Source of the DNA: Octopus bimaculoides
Lineage: Eukaryota
Assembly (NCBI RefSeq): GCF_001194135.2
Contig: NC_068993.1
Span: 1,998,537 to 2,062,536, forward strand
Length of the DNA: 64,000 nucleotides
Direction of reading: 5' to 3'
Position 1 is the stretch's first letter. Every line of letters starts with the position of its first letter. The translations under genes were made by a program, and so were the position numbers. Positions 13,100 to 26,360 of this stretch are shown here, piece after piece. Below the pieces are notes generated by a model, which was not told the DNA's origin, did not search any database, and saw only the letters and a program-made list of their open reading frames with translations.

Positions 13100-13650
13100 T
13101 AATCTAGCAATGATAAATTGTGAATAGAAGTCAACATGAAAATTGCTTGATGGTCTAAAAAGAATCATATTTTTCATTTATACAAAAGCCATATCTAAAT
13201 ATGGCTTCATGTAAAAACGTCTGTAATATTTATTTGGTACTTTTGTGTAAAAAATGTGTCTTTCTAGATCTTCAAGAGAAAGGCTTTTGGGCTGATGGAA
13301 TAATGAAGAGGCTTAGATGATTGAGGAAATACACAGTACGCATAAAAATATTCTTTGGTTTCAAACTTTCATACGACATTAATTTAAATGAAGAATTTTC
13401 AAAGATATTTTGTTTAAAATAGAGTTAAGTTCAGATATTGAATGGAAACATTTGAAAACTTGAAAAGAGAAGCCAAAATTTTCACCAGAATAATTCGAAA
13501 AAGTAATTCATTATCCAAAAGTCTGAAGAGAAATTTAATATTACAGAGCTAAGAAAATGGGAAGCCTTTCTTGTAATTATTGAAAACTTTCTCGACGACT
13601 ATAGAGTTTGAAGAATATGCTAATTGCTAGTGGAAAGACTGTATATGAAG
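13100..13650 (+). mobile_element. Highly decayed DNA transposase remnant, same family as 35245-35720
   Basis: Broken frames give HTTLI*MKNF (compare HIKLGxMKNF), EAKIF and TELRKWEAFLVIIENFL (compare AFxxFKxVxxNFLG), in the same order as in the better-preserved copy. Confidence 0.45.
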
Positions 13651-13682
13651 TAGTGAAGCAACTGAATTCGAATTATGGAAAT

Positions 13683-13809
13683 TCCTTCATCGTTTTGGAC
13701 CTGATAAAATAAAGTACCCGTAGACTGTTGGGATCGATGGGTGGTTTCGACTTACACCTGTGCATTAAGTTTGTTGGCCTTGTGCCAAATGAGAAAGACT
13801 TGTTATTAT

Positions 13810-13844
<35 letters not shown>

Positions 13845-13846
13845 AT

Positions 13847-13881
<35 letters not shown>

Positions 13882-13905
13882 TATTATTATTATTAGTAGT
13901 AGTAG
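13683..13905 (+). mobile_element. SINE family 2 3' part followed by a (TAG)n(CAG)n(TAG)n tract
   Basis: ccttcatcg...gataaaataaagtacc...ggccttgtgccaaa tail, then the triplet repeats. Confidence 0.6.
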
Positions 13906-15094
13906 GGTGAAAGTAACGTAATAGATGAAAATAAATATGAGGAGGAAGAAGGATTTGAACTTGTTGAGATGGTGAATTCACGGAGACAGAGAAGAAAGAA
14001 TCGAGAGAGAGAAAAGAAGAAGAAGGGAGCGGGCCTTACATCTCCATAATTGGTATTTGTTGGCAAAGGTGGGCATTGGAAGTGAATTGAGGGAGCAGGT
14101 GCAATAGAAGTTTTTGAAGTGAAAGAAAAGTGGCGCAGAGGATAAGAAAGAAATAAGAGGGAACAGAAGAAGAAATGAAAGAAATCCGTTGAAAGAATGT
14201 TCTGTGAAGTGACGAGAAATAAGAGATGGTGGAGGGGGAGGCGGTGAAGGTGTGTTGGTACTTGAGAAGAATACTGGAAAATCTCGAAGGTTGTGTTCGT
14301 TCAATAGAACAAGGAAGCGTTAAGGTGTGGGGACAAAGAAAATATTAAAAAAATAGCAAATGTAAAAAGCAAAAGAAGAAGTATAGAAGAGACTGAAAGT
14401 GAAAGAACGGTTGATGAAGCAAATCTGGATATCACACTTGTATATGATTCAATCCTTTCAGTATTTTGTTTATGGAAATTAATTTAAGATAAAAAAAAGG
14501 AAAGAAAAATATTTTCTGCGTCAATTTCGCATGAAATTTTCTTTGCTGCTATTTTTGTTATAGTTTTTGTTGTTGTTACTCTTATCCTTGCTATTGGTGA
14601 TGATAATTGTGATGGTGCTGTTGTTGTTGATGTTGTTGTTACTTAAAGTGTCCTTTGGGCAGCGAGAATTTGCAATTTCTGTTTTCTGTTATTATTACAA
14701 AATTGACAGCCGTTTCTCACAGAAATGGTTGGTGCTGTTCTCATGCTTTATTGCAAGTGAATTTGCAGTGCACTGACCAAACCAGTTTGGAATGGCTTGA
14801 AAAGACATTGACACAACGTCCACATTCTTGATTACATAATTACAAAACAATAGAATAACTGAACGGATGATCGAAATGCATTGGCTCAAAATGTGATTGG
14901 ATTTTGATTTCAAACTTATCTTCATTGATCCTCATCAATCGACACCAAGAGCAAATGGTCGCACCACTCACACACATTGCCACTTCCATAATTAATTGTA
15001 GTTACGTGGGATTAATTACGCTTTCATAATTAATTGTAGTAATGTGTTCTGTGATGAGTCCTGGCCGTCTGCGGAATTTGTATCCTTGGGCAGA

Positions 15095-15311
15095 ATTTGA
15101 ACTCCCAAAATTTCAGGCCATGAACCTATAGTAGAAAAGATCATTATTAGGCCGGACAAAATGTTTAGCAGCATTTCGTCCGTTTTTATGTTCTGAGTTC
15201 AAATTCCGCTGAGGTCGACTTTACATATCATCCCTTAGAGGGTCTATAAAATAAGTAGCAATTGAGTAATTGGCTTACCCCTTCCCCGAAACTTGTTGCT
15301 CTTGTACCAAA

Positions 15312-15355
<44 letters not shown>
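15095..15355 (+). mobile_element. Tandem SINE family 2 pieces (a tail, then a near full copy) ending in (TAT)n
   Basis: cccaaaatttcaggcc...tagtagaaaaga, then ...gttctgagttcaaattccgctgaggtcgacttt...; B box present. Confidence 0.8.
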
Positions 15356-15356
<1 letters not shown>

Positions 15357-16132
15357 ATCAACCATTCACACGGGTGAATTCGAAGTAAGCAAACCTCACT
15401 TCTGACACTCGCTTGTCTTACTGTAAATCCCATAAGCATAGCTTTGGCCTCTACCTACGAATAATACCAACTGTCTACTTATGATCGGGTGGACTGTTCA
15501 GGAAAGTAATATTTCTCTTGATCAGGAACACAGCTCGATGGAAGTCATCGACCTTTCAGATGACAATTTGACACTTTACTAACTTATACAATTATTAAAT
15601 TCGATAATTCCTCAATGTTTTTACTCTGTTGCGTTTCTGTGATCAAGCCTGACCAGCGTTGCTTTAACCTTTCATCCACAGTGGGGGATCGATGAAATAT
15701 GTATAAATACAGCATCGTGATAACTGGACCATATGCTTGTTTAGTGCATTATTCCACCAAAACAAGCATTCCCAGTTGACTACTTCAATCGCATTGGTCT
15801 GGCAAAGCCACAGCTGAACAGTAAACCAGCAACAAAAGCAACGACAATTACGATAATAATACAGAGATAGCGGAAAACCTATGTCTGCTCAAATATATAA
15901 ATTCGCAAATACTGTTTGGTAACGGAAATGTTTAAAAGACTTCTTGGAATGCAATAAAAGAAAAAAGGTTTCTGTAGTAGTTGTAATAGTAGTAATAGCG
16001 GTCGTGGTGGTGGTGGTCGTAGTAGAAATTTAACTGATCAATTTAATGTAACAATTAAACCAGATCAATTTTTCTGTTTAATATAATTAAATTATCCTGA
16101 TGTGTTTACTTTCTTTTTATTGTCGTTTCTAC

Positions 16133-16162
16133 GTCTAGCGAGGTAAAAATACCTCGCTAGAC
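16133..16162. repeat. Perfect 13-bp inverted repeat with a 4-nt loop
   Basis: GTCTAGCGAGGTA-AAAA-TACCTCGCTAGAC. Confidence 0.95.
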
Positions 16163-17085
16163 CTATGAAATGATAAATAAAACATAAAGCTGTTGTTCGC
16201 AGAAATTTAGATCTAAGTTCTACTAAGTACCGTTTGACCTTTTATGTTGTTTATATATATATATATATATNNNNNNNNNNNNNNNNNNNNNNNNNNNNNN
16301 NNNNNNNNNNNNNNNNNNNNNNNNNNNNNNNNNNNNNNNNNNNNNNNNNNNNNNNNNNNNNNNNNNNNNNNNNNNNNNNNNNNNNNNNNNNNNNNNNNNN
16401 NNNNNNNNNNNNNNNNNNNNNNNNNNNNNNNNNNNNNNNNNNNNNNNNNNNNNNNNNNNNNNNNNNNNNNNNNNNNNNNNNNNNNNNNNNNNNNNNNNNN
16501 NNNNNNNNNNNNNNNNNNNNNNNNNNNNNNNNNNNNNNNNNNNNNNNNNNNNNNNNNNNNNNNNNNNNNNNNNNNNNNNNNNNNNNNNNNNNNNNNNNNN
16601 NNNNNNNNNNNNNNNNNNNNNNNNNNNNNNNNNNNNNNNNNNNNNNNNNNNNNNNNNNNNNNNNNNNNNNNNNNNNNNNNNNNNNNNNNNNNNNNNNNNN
16701 NNNNNNNNNNNNNNNNNNNNNNNNNNNNNNNNNNNNNNNNNNNNNNNNNNNNNNNNNNNNNNNNNNNNNNNNNNNNNNNNNNNNNNNNNNNNNNNNNNNN
16801 NNNNNNNNNNNNNATATATGTATATATATATATATATTGACTGAAGAAATTATGGCTTAGAATATTTACTCGGCATTCTATTGCAGGAGAAGTCCTCTAT
16901 CAATTTGACTGTACCTCTGCTCCATCAAGGCTACCATTGGTTAAATAACAACAGCAAGAAGTAATAACGAGAGCAATAATAAGAGAATGACGGGAACAAG
17001 CTTCTAAGTATTCTGTTAACCTACTAGAAATAGGAGTCTAAGTTCCCTCTTAACACATGCTACTGTCATTAAAACGCCAGGAAAA

Positions 17086-17232
17086 TTTTTATTTATTTAT
17101 TGCCCACAAGGGGCTAAACATAGAGGGGACAAACAAGGACAGACAAAGGGACTAAGTCGACCCCAATGCAAAGTCAACTTCGGCGGAATTTGAACTCGCC
17201 TGGCGAGCTGACGATTCTGCTAGCTCGCCGCC
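17086..17232 (-). mobile_element. Internally deleted SINE family 2 copy
   Basis: Head gctagctcgccgcc, B-box region ggcggaatttgaactc and taagtcgacccca are juxtaposed with the intervening blocks missing. Confidence 0.7.
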
Positions 17233-17466
17233 TAACGCGAGGAAATTTGAAAGAATCGATCTCGATATGTTGTTGGAAAGAAAAATTGCATGTGATGGTC
17301 ACGGCCGGAATGGTTTTTGATTATGTGTTTATTTGCTTAGATCTGACTGGAGGAGTGGTTTGTGCCTAGTGAAAAGGAGTCAATATTTCAAACATATTTG
17401 TTCCGTAATTATAGTTACGATAATAGCAACACGGAAGAGAAGAGCGGCACCACGAGCAGCAGCAGA

Positions 17467-17507
<41 letters not shown>

Positions 17508-18059
17508 AAGGCAATTAAAAAAAAGAAAGAAAAAGAAAGAAACTATTATTGCTGTAAAAAGTGCAATATTAGCAACAACAAAGTTATCATTGTTACATTA
17601 TTTCGAATTTATTGGTAGAGAATCATCTGCATCTGAAATAGCGATATTTGCTGTTGATACGGCTTTGATCTTAGCATTGAACTCGTGGTAATCATTATAT
17701 TTGATATCACTGTTGTTGCTGCTGTGGTTGTTGTTGTTGTTGATTATGGCGGAGAGCTAGAAATGTGGTAGAAAAGTGGAGCTTAGAGACAGAAAGAGAG
17801 AGAGAGTAAGAGAGAGTAAGAGAGAATAAGTGAGATAAGAGCTTTAAGAAGAAGTGAAGAAAGAGAAAAGAGAGTTCAATACAAATAGACAGAAATAGAG
17901 GGGGAGGGGGATGAAAAAAGCAGGTCATGTCAAGGGAATTATAGAGGTAAGCTGTTTTAAAACTGTTGTTATTGATTTTTTGGAGAGCTACAACCAGACA
18001 CAAGGATACGATTAGATGAACGCACGCATTGTAGATGAATAGAAGCGAACACACGCACT

Positions 18060-18102
18060 CATGTTTGAGCGCATGTGTATGTGTGTGTGTGCATATATAT
18101 AT

Positions 18103-18148
<46 letters not shown>

Positions 18149-18182
18149 GTATATATACATACATATATATATACACACACGA

Positions 18183-18245
<63 letters not shown>

Positions 18246-18375
18246 CATATATATACACACACACGAATACACACATACATATATTTACTGATTCTGTCGA
18301 ACACATGATTATATACATACATGCTTGTATAATGCATACATACATACATACCATAGATACATATGTGTGTGTGTG

Positions 18376-18410
<35 letters not shown>
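18060..18410. repeat. Compound (TG)/(TA)/(CA)n microsatellite cluster
   Basis: Seen directly. Confidence 0.95.
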
Positions 18411-18411
<1 letters not shown>

Positions 18412-19319
18412 GATATAAAGAACTAGAAGCTGGGCAACAGTGTATCGAAGAAAAAGGAAATGACATTAGAACGGTGATTGATGATTATACAAGACCTGAT
18501 TAATTCTGAAGTTCACGGAGACAGAATAACAAGTTTTTTGGTATTTTGCAGTCGTGACATGCAAATACATCAAATCACTTAGTTGCTGTACAGTTGATAT
18601 GCCAATATTTACAGTGTAATGGGAGAAGGCTACGTCAACGTATCCATCAGATAATGTTATAGTTGAGGTTAGAAAACGATTTGAAAAATTGATGTTGCGC
18701 CATGTTTTGTATGGAGAATCAGTACAAATTTTTACCAGCAGTTACTCTGCTCGTACATATCACATGTCGTATTAATGACATAAGGCTATGAATTTATCGA
18801 CAAGGGAAAGTGATTAGGCGACGTTCGTGATTTTATGCATGTGATAGGTATAAGGGTGACTGACATCCAACAGGAATACAAACACTTTCGTTCGTTATTT
18901 GATTCTTATGTTTAAAAAGAATTTGGTACTGTTAGAAATGATCTTCCATGATTATAAGATGATAATAATAGCTGTCCACTCATGACCGAGGAAGACCATC
19001 TCTGACCTCTAAGAACACTGAACACTTGAACAAAATTATTACTTTGCACTTCTGTCTCCGCTGCTGACTAATGAACACCAACGCCCGGTCGACATTACAT
19101 GTTCATAGACATTGCAAACTCAGCTTCCTTCTTCGCTACACTGACAATGGGTCTTCGAGCAGTGGCTGGTTTAAATTCTGCAGGAATAATGCAGGTTCTT
19201 TATCGAAAATACCCACTTCTTCCTTTCCTTATTTTCTCCAATGGTAGCGAAGAAATGCTGGCGTTGGGTTTTGAAGAATTATACAGTAGAAACATCCATT
19301 ATGCAGTAGACACATGCGT

Positions 19320-19320
19320 T

Positions 19321-19351
<31 letters not shown>

Positions 19352-19608
19352 CCATCCATCCATCCATCCATCCATCCATCCATTCATCCATCCATCCATC
19401 CGTCCATCCATACATACATCCTTGTATACATACATCTATGCATAGATACATACGCACACATGCGCGCGCACACACTACACACATGCATACACAAACACTT
19501 GTGCATACACGCACACACCCAGAAGGTAACATGATTCTCATTACATTCTTGAATTTATGGACTTGTCCCTTAAAAGATAATTACAATAACAATCTCTCTC
19601 TCACTATC

Positions 19609-19673
<65 letters not shown>

Positions 19674-19988
19674 GTATGAATATAAATATGTGTGTGTGCA
19701 TGTGTGTGTGTGTATCTGCATGCATGTCTATGTGTTTCTGCATTTGTAAAGACATAGACACGACACAGACGCCCGTAGACGCACATACAGAAATCTAGAC
19801 ATACAGATAGACTAAGAGGTAGGTAGACAGACGGATAGACAGACAGACAGACATACAGACAGACAGACAGACAAACAGATAGACAGACAGACAGACAAAT
19901 AGATAGATAGAAATATAGATAGATAAATTGATAGATAGATGGATAGATAGATAGATAGATGGATAGATAGATAGATAGATAGATAGAT

Positions 19989-20019
<31 letters not shown>

Positions 20020-20050
20020 AAGACAGATAGATAGATAGATACAGAGAGAT
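19320..20050. repeat. Compound tetranucleotide cluster (CATC)n, (CTAT)n, (GACA)n, (GATA)n
   Basis: Seen directly. Confidence 0.95.
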
Positions 20051-20630
20051 AGCGAAGTTATGGACAGTTATATGCTTGTGTCTGAGGAATTAAAAAATAA
20101 ATTAGGTACTCGGTGGAAAAAGTGCGAAAAATAAGTGAAGTAAATAAGAAGCAGATGAAGTCGGATGCACTGGTATGTCTGTTAGTATAATTAGCTGCAG
20201 CATTTTCATTTCGCCATTTTAAGAACAAACTATAAGAACAGCTAATAAAAGCAAGATAGTTTGAGAGATAATAGCGTTGCAGGAAGTGCAGCGTAGAGCA
20301 CAGGTGGCGTCGATAATGCGAAAATAGAATTGTAATACAAATAAATATGGTAAAGTTGAATCAGCAGAGGTGAGTATGTAGATAACCTTAAAGCTATTGG
20401 TAAATGCAGCTGTGTTTATTCGACAGAAAAGAGGAAGAGAGAAAAGTTCCACTAGTTTTCTATCTGCATAGCTAAACGTTTCAGCAGTTTTAGAGAGGAA
20501 GAAGATAAAAAGTAGCATAAAGTAAATTTAAATAGGTAGACTGCACAGAGTTTTGCTGAATAATGCAAAGACAAATGAAATCTTTTAAGAGATTGTTTGA
20601 CAATAAAGAGATTCTTTTTGTTATTTTTAG

Positions 20631-20663
20631 CGACGGTGAAACCTCGGTACGGTCGTTCGACTT
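20631..20663 (+). CDS. Candidate 33-nt micro-exon DGETSVRSFD(L) (phase 2-2), matching the prodomain TVRSF motif
   Basis: Strong acceptor ttctttttgttatttttag| and donor |gtaaga; locally GC-rich; phase joins exactly to 32938. Confidence 0.42.
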
Positions 20664-21437
20664 GTAAGAAGTAACAGCGAAATCACTCTCAAATCAGACG
20701 CTAGCGTTTTAAGAAGTTGAAGAGTTTTGCATTGGTTAATGTTCACATTGATATACTGTGTTTGAGTAAAAGACGAGATGATCATGGTTGGAATAGCTTT
20801 GATAATAGCTTTATTCAATTGGAGATGACATCGAGCAAAGCACGAAAAGAAAGCAGTTGACAATATACATAGAGGGATAAGTAGTTAGACAGATAAATGA
20901 ATAAATAGATCGACAAATAAATAAATGTATGGAGAGTTAGGTAGCTAAGTACTTAGATAAGGAGAGAGGTGATTTGAGTTATTGTCTGTGGGTGTCAGGT
21001 GTGCTTAGGTTGGAACATTTAACCGTTTTTCTTCAGCTAGTCTCCATGCCCATGAAGTGTTTACACGTCAAAAGTCTGGCAGATAAAATAAAGCGTAACT
21101 GGCCAGGAGAAACCGATGCATGTCCACGATGTCTCGCAGTGGCTTGGATTTACTTTCAAGGACATTTTATTGCATTTCTTATACAATCTCACCACGAATT
21201 TCCGTGGAATCTGTTCTCTTGGTTTTGATATTTTTCGTAAGATATGTAATGTGTAGATTCTAATATTTTATTAGAATGTAACTGTATAGAATATGATTGT
21301 GTATAAACCGTGGTTGTTGGTGGAGTCTTGCTACGCCTCCTGGTGGTGAGTGTCGGTTTGTTGACGCATTGAATGTGCTGCGTTGGTTAAACAGGGTTCT
21401 GTTGATTATATGTTATGTTGATTGAGTTACTTTATAC

Positions 21438-21744
21438 GGTGAAGGCGCGTAACTTAATTGTTAGGAGATATTCGACTCACAGCCGTAAGGTCATGAATTC
21501 GATATCCCTTGAGCAAGATACTTTATTTCACGTTACTCCTTCACTCAGCTGGCAAAAGTGAGCAATACCTGTATTTAAAAGGGCCAGCCTTGTCACATTC
21601 TGTGTCACGCTGAAGTGCCCCGAGAACTATGTTAATGGTAGGTGTCTGTGGAGAGGTCAACCTTTTGCACGTTAATTTCTTAATCTGGCTGTTCCGTTAA
21701 TCGGAGCAACTGGAACGCTCGTCGTCGTAAACGACGGATACCCA
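21438..21744 (+). mobile_element. tRNA-derived SINE (family 3), near full length
   Basis: Head ggtgaaggcgcgt..., cccttgagcaagatactttatttcacg core, body ending gtcgtcgtaaacgacgga. Confidence 0.8.
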
Positions 21745-22235
21745 GTATAATATTTCACTGAATGAGAATTGTATAACAAAAGGGTGTATAACTTCTGTAG
21801 ATATTTACTCTACTAATAATGCTATCAAATTGAAGGTGCATTGCGTTTGATGCAGGTTGTACACAAGAGGCCTTTTTAAAGTCAAGCAGATTTGCAAGCC
21901 AAAGTGTGGTTCCATTTTACTCTTGTGATCAAGGGTTGGTTATTTGGATTGGTTTCATTTTAATATCCAACATCTTGCTCACTTGCATTTCAAAATACTT
22001 GATTAGATTGTCGACTTACGAATAGTCTTCAGGTTATATTTTTACAATGGAGTCAGATGTCTACCAATGTTTGGACATTTTCGATTTTGCTCTTGACAAT
22101 TACACCTCAACGGTTCATCTCGAACTATTCAACACTCTTACAGGCAAGACACAAATTAATGTAGCCACATCATTATCATATACTGTATTTAATAGAAGCT
22201 ACCAGAAGTTTTACCCAGTACGGAAAATAGATTCA

Positions 22236-22260
22236 TATCACACACACACACACACACACA

Positions 22261-22332
<72 letters not shown>
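22236..22332. repeat. (AC)n microsatellite
   Basis: Seen directly. Confidence 0.97.
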
Positions 22333-22334
<2 letters not shown>

Positions 22335-22379
22335 CACATACACATTCACTATGACGATTTCGACTGAAGAAATTTTAAG

Positions 22380-22447
22380 AGGTCTCCACCGAGATTTGAA
22401 TTGACGACCAATATAGGAGAATCTAATTGCTCAAATGCATTGGAATC
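22380..22447 (-). pseudogene. Decayed tRNA-Gln-like sequence
   Basis: Minus strand 3' end TTCAAATCTCGGTGGAGACCT and 5' end GATTCCAATG resemble metazoan tRNA-Gln (GGTTCCATGG...GTTCAAATCTCGGTGGRACCT). The D and anticodon arms are degraded. Confidence 0.55.
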
Positions 22448-25400
22448 GTTGCTCTGCGATTCCAGTCATCTGCGTCCTTCTGCTATCATAATTAATATTA
22501 AGTACAATATGCACAATATGTCCCGTTCGGTGACATAAAAATTAATTTTAATTTCATTAGATTCTTTTCTATTTGTATAGATTTCATATCTGTATATATA
22601 TTATATATTTATATATCCGTGTGACAGATTGATGTAAATTCTGTATTGAATTTCAATCTTGGAAAGGAGAGAGAAGCCCAAGCCATAATTTACTACCAGT
22701 ATTGGTCTAGTTACAGTATAGCACAGATCTCAGAACAATGAAATTAATTAAACAAGATTAATTAACCAATGCAATAAGTGTTCTTTAACATTACGCTAAC
22801 ATGATCTTAATGTGGTCAGCTAAAACTGACCTAACTTCTATATTAAAATGTCAGCAGCAGTGGTAAGATAATCATTATAGACTCCAAGAATGAATTATGC
22901 AATGACCGAATTATGACCGTTCCTTCTCCATTAATGCCACATACCCATTCATCATAGTAATAAGCAACATCATTGCTACCACGATCTTTTGTTGCAGCAG
23001 CTATAATATCAAGCATAGGCAGACATGAACCCGTTAATCTGAGGAGAGGGAGAGTTAGTTGACCTCTGTACTTCACTGGTATTTTGATTCATAGACCCTA
23101 GAAGGATGAAAATAGTTGTTTGCCGCAGGGTTTGATGAGAAAGACATGAAAATAAGTGGAGAGGAAACGCACAAACAACTAGAATGCATTTCTAAATTGT
23201 ATAAGAGGGAACAGTCGACGGAATATATCCAAGTGCAGGACTGGTACTTACTTGATGGACCTCATCGACGAAATACAAAATTCATGGTTCATATGGGTAT
23301 AATTAAAAGTTTCAAATATTTAAAACCTTGCCTTATTGATACTGCTGATTTATCTTCTACTCTTATGTAAATAAAATCGTATATAGCACAAGTAGAAAGA
23401 TATACTTTTCAACGAGTAAATACTGATGGAGCAGAATATATTGGATAAAATCATTACAGAGCAGAAGAATATGTCAGCAACCAGCCATGTTCTATCAATA
23501 TTTACACGTTGAAAAGTGTCTTTCTAATTGTGCTACAATACATTTCAGCGTTTCAAAAACAAACTAATGTTTGTTTACATATGACGTAAAATCGTATTTT
23601 TATTTTAATGCTATCTATTTTATTTTAATTGTATATATCTCCAATGCTTTTAAGTTCGCAGGTGAATTTGCTTTGCTCGGTGCAATTGGAAAATGGATAT
23701 TTTTAAGTGAAAATACACAACAAGCAAAACAAATATATTTCATAATAATAATTCAAAATACTTTAAAGATATTTGTTTGAAGCGATTAAAGATGATCCCA
23801 TTGCAAAAATATTTAAAGCTAAATCTTTATAATCAGTCAGCATTTATTATGAGTTCTGTTGTAATACCTAATACAAGATTTAGCTGAAGCTGCATTCTTG
23901 GAAATAATGGCTGTTAAATCCTTCTAAACATTGTTCTGACTACACTGAGGCCTCAGAAATTGAAAACATTTGGTTTTCTACCAGTATAGGAAAATAACAT
24001 TCGGGAGGAAAGATCTCAACGGATTTAACTTACAGCAGTAAAGAATATTTGTTTACAAACTGTACCAAATGCCACAACTCAGCGTAACTCTTGCATATAA
24101 TCTGGCGTTTCCTGTCACTGTGACATTGTAAAGAGACGCACAAGTACATGTATCTTAATCAGAAAGATATCTGTTCGGGTGATTTATAGAACAGACCGAA
24201 ATGTGATTGTATTATGTTAATTTATTTCTTTAGGATGTGTGGGTAATAGAAAACCGTCTGTACTGCTGGCGTAGGTTACTATAAAATAAGGTATTATTTG
24301 TGTTTAGCATTAACTGGAAATAACATGAAGTTTTGCTTACCAACTTGATGAGTAACTATTATGTTCGTAGGTCTGGAGTATCAGAGAAAACTTGCCCCAG
24401 CATGGCCGCAGTCTAATGGTTGAAGCAAGTAAAACAATACACTTTATATGAAGAATATCCAAATATTTATATAGATATGTTATTTATATCCCGTAGCAAA
24501 ATTATTTCTGGCTGAATGACAAAAAACAAAAAAACAAAAAAATCATAGGTCAAAATGATTTGAAGAATTTTACTAACAAAAGTGGTTGAAAGGACTGTCG
24601 TAATGAAGTTCCTTGTAGAATTCTGTAGAATCGTTTTATATTTGAACAATAAATTCATTGGAAGCGAATAATTTCCTGAGATGAAAACATATTTATTACT
24701 AGAGTTAGATATTTAAAACTGCTATTCAATGTATGCTCATAATAATCAGAATTCAATTTTTAATTAATAATACGTTTTCAAACTGTTTCGCCATTATTCT
24801 TGCCAGATGGTTAGCCACGTGACCTACCGAAACAATGACGTCATCGTAAATAATTTGACGTCATTTGCTCATAACTATGTTTGGCTCATATTCTATTACA
24901 TTCTTTAGAGAATATTACATATTTAGATCATCTCCATTTAGGCGATAAGTAATATTTATACAATATATTATTGAATTAAAGTTGAGAATGATATTTTTTC
25001 CATTCGCCAGAACTGTGCGGACATTATCTGTTTGTCTATGGATTAAATATCCTTGGGCAGATATAAAATCTATCCACAAATTACACATGCGATATACAAC
25101 TCGATCCAATAGTCTAGCAAAGCAAACAGATGCTTCTTGTATAAATACTTTTACTCTACACTGTTTCGTAAATGCTATCTATTATCAAACTACAACAATT
25201 TTTTCCATTCAAAGTAAATGAATTAATCCATTATCTGCGTGATGTTTGCTTATCTGTAATATCTATAGTTCTGTACTCGGATCTTTCTGCTTCTAAATGT
25301 TAATTCTTTTTTCTAGCATGTGCAAATATTTATATATTTGTTGTTTTATCTATTAGTGCAATTATTTACAAACACGCATACACACACAACTGCGCACATT

Positions 25401-26009
25401 AACCTTCCTACTCCGCCTGAAAAAAAAAACAAAACAAAACAAAACAAAACACTCACACATCCGAGCATATGGAGACAAGCCGGTATATATATATATATAT
25501 ATATATAGGCAAATTTGTTCTTGAAAAAGCACCTAAATATGTATATATATTATATACCAAACACATATACGCATATATATGTACTTGTGAATGCGTCTAT
25601 ATCTATATGAATTAGTGTGTATATACACAAATGTTTACTGAAATATTTTCACTTTAAACATGCAGTTTTGCACTCGATCAACTTGGCTACCGATATGCAT
25701 CTGTTGGAGTGTAAGAAATTGAACAGCGATAATAAGGGACCAGACATAATAGTTTACAAAATATAGGGGGAAATTTGGAATCAAAGATTCATTCTACGTC
25801 CCTAACGGTTCAAATCCCGTTGAGCCCGTGTTTACGTTTCACTAATTTGCATTTCAATACAGTTGCTATTACGTTTCATAGTTTTCTGTAGACATGATTG
25901 TAGACACATCCGCATATACATATACAAGATGACCCCCCAACAGAAAAAAAAGACAGAACCCATAAAGATTTTACTAAATCCTACAAACTTCACTCTGTAT
26001 ACGATCGTT

Positions 26010-26280
26010 CCCTGATGTTATTGTTGCCTTCAGTTCACTAATCGTTTGAGGGTTATTCTGGTAAACATTATCCTTGAGATACCCCCACAGATAAAAAGAA
26101 AAACTAGTGGGGGAGGATCAAGACCGGTGAATACGGTGCCCACTCAACGTCACACTTCCTGCTGGCCAGTCTTTCTTGAAATCGCTCTCTCAGCCAGGCT
26201 AGGTAGTCATTTGATGCGTGGAGGGTGGCCCCGTCTTGCTGCAACCACTATTCGTCTCGATCTATCCCTCTGCGTCGTTT
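26010..26280 (-). mobile_element. Tc1/mariner-superfamily transposase fragment (pseudogenised)
   Basis: Minus strand: WLQQDGATLHASNDYLAWLRERFQERLASRKCDVEWAPYSP / LWGYLKDNVYQNNPQTISELKATI. These are the QQDGAxxH, WxPxSPDL and FLWGYLK motifs, interrupted by frameshifts. Confidence 0.9.
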
Positions 26281-26317
26281 ATTTTAAACAGTTTTATTCA
26301 AAGATTTTTTTAGTCAA

Positions 26318-26360
<43 letters not shown>

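Noticed and set aside
18549-18620. SLSCCTVDMP resembling the TGF-beta CC motif
   Set aside because: Out of order with the other candidates and followed by a stop; shows how easily such motifs arise by chance.
20328-20369. Segment NCNTNKYGKVESAE with a strong gtgagt donor, resembling prodomain VxSAEL
   Set aside because: The acceptor (aaaatag) lacks a pyrimidine tract, and it conflicts in order with the TSVRSF candidate; treated as a decoy.
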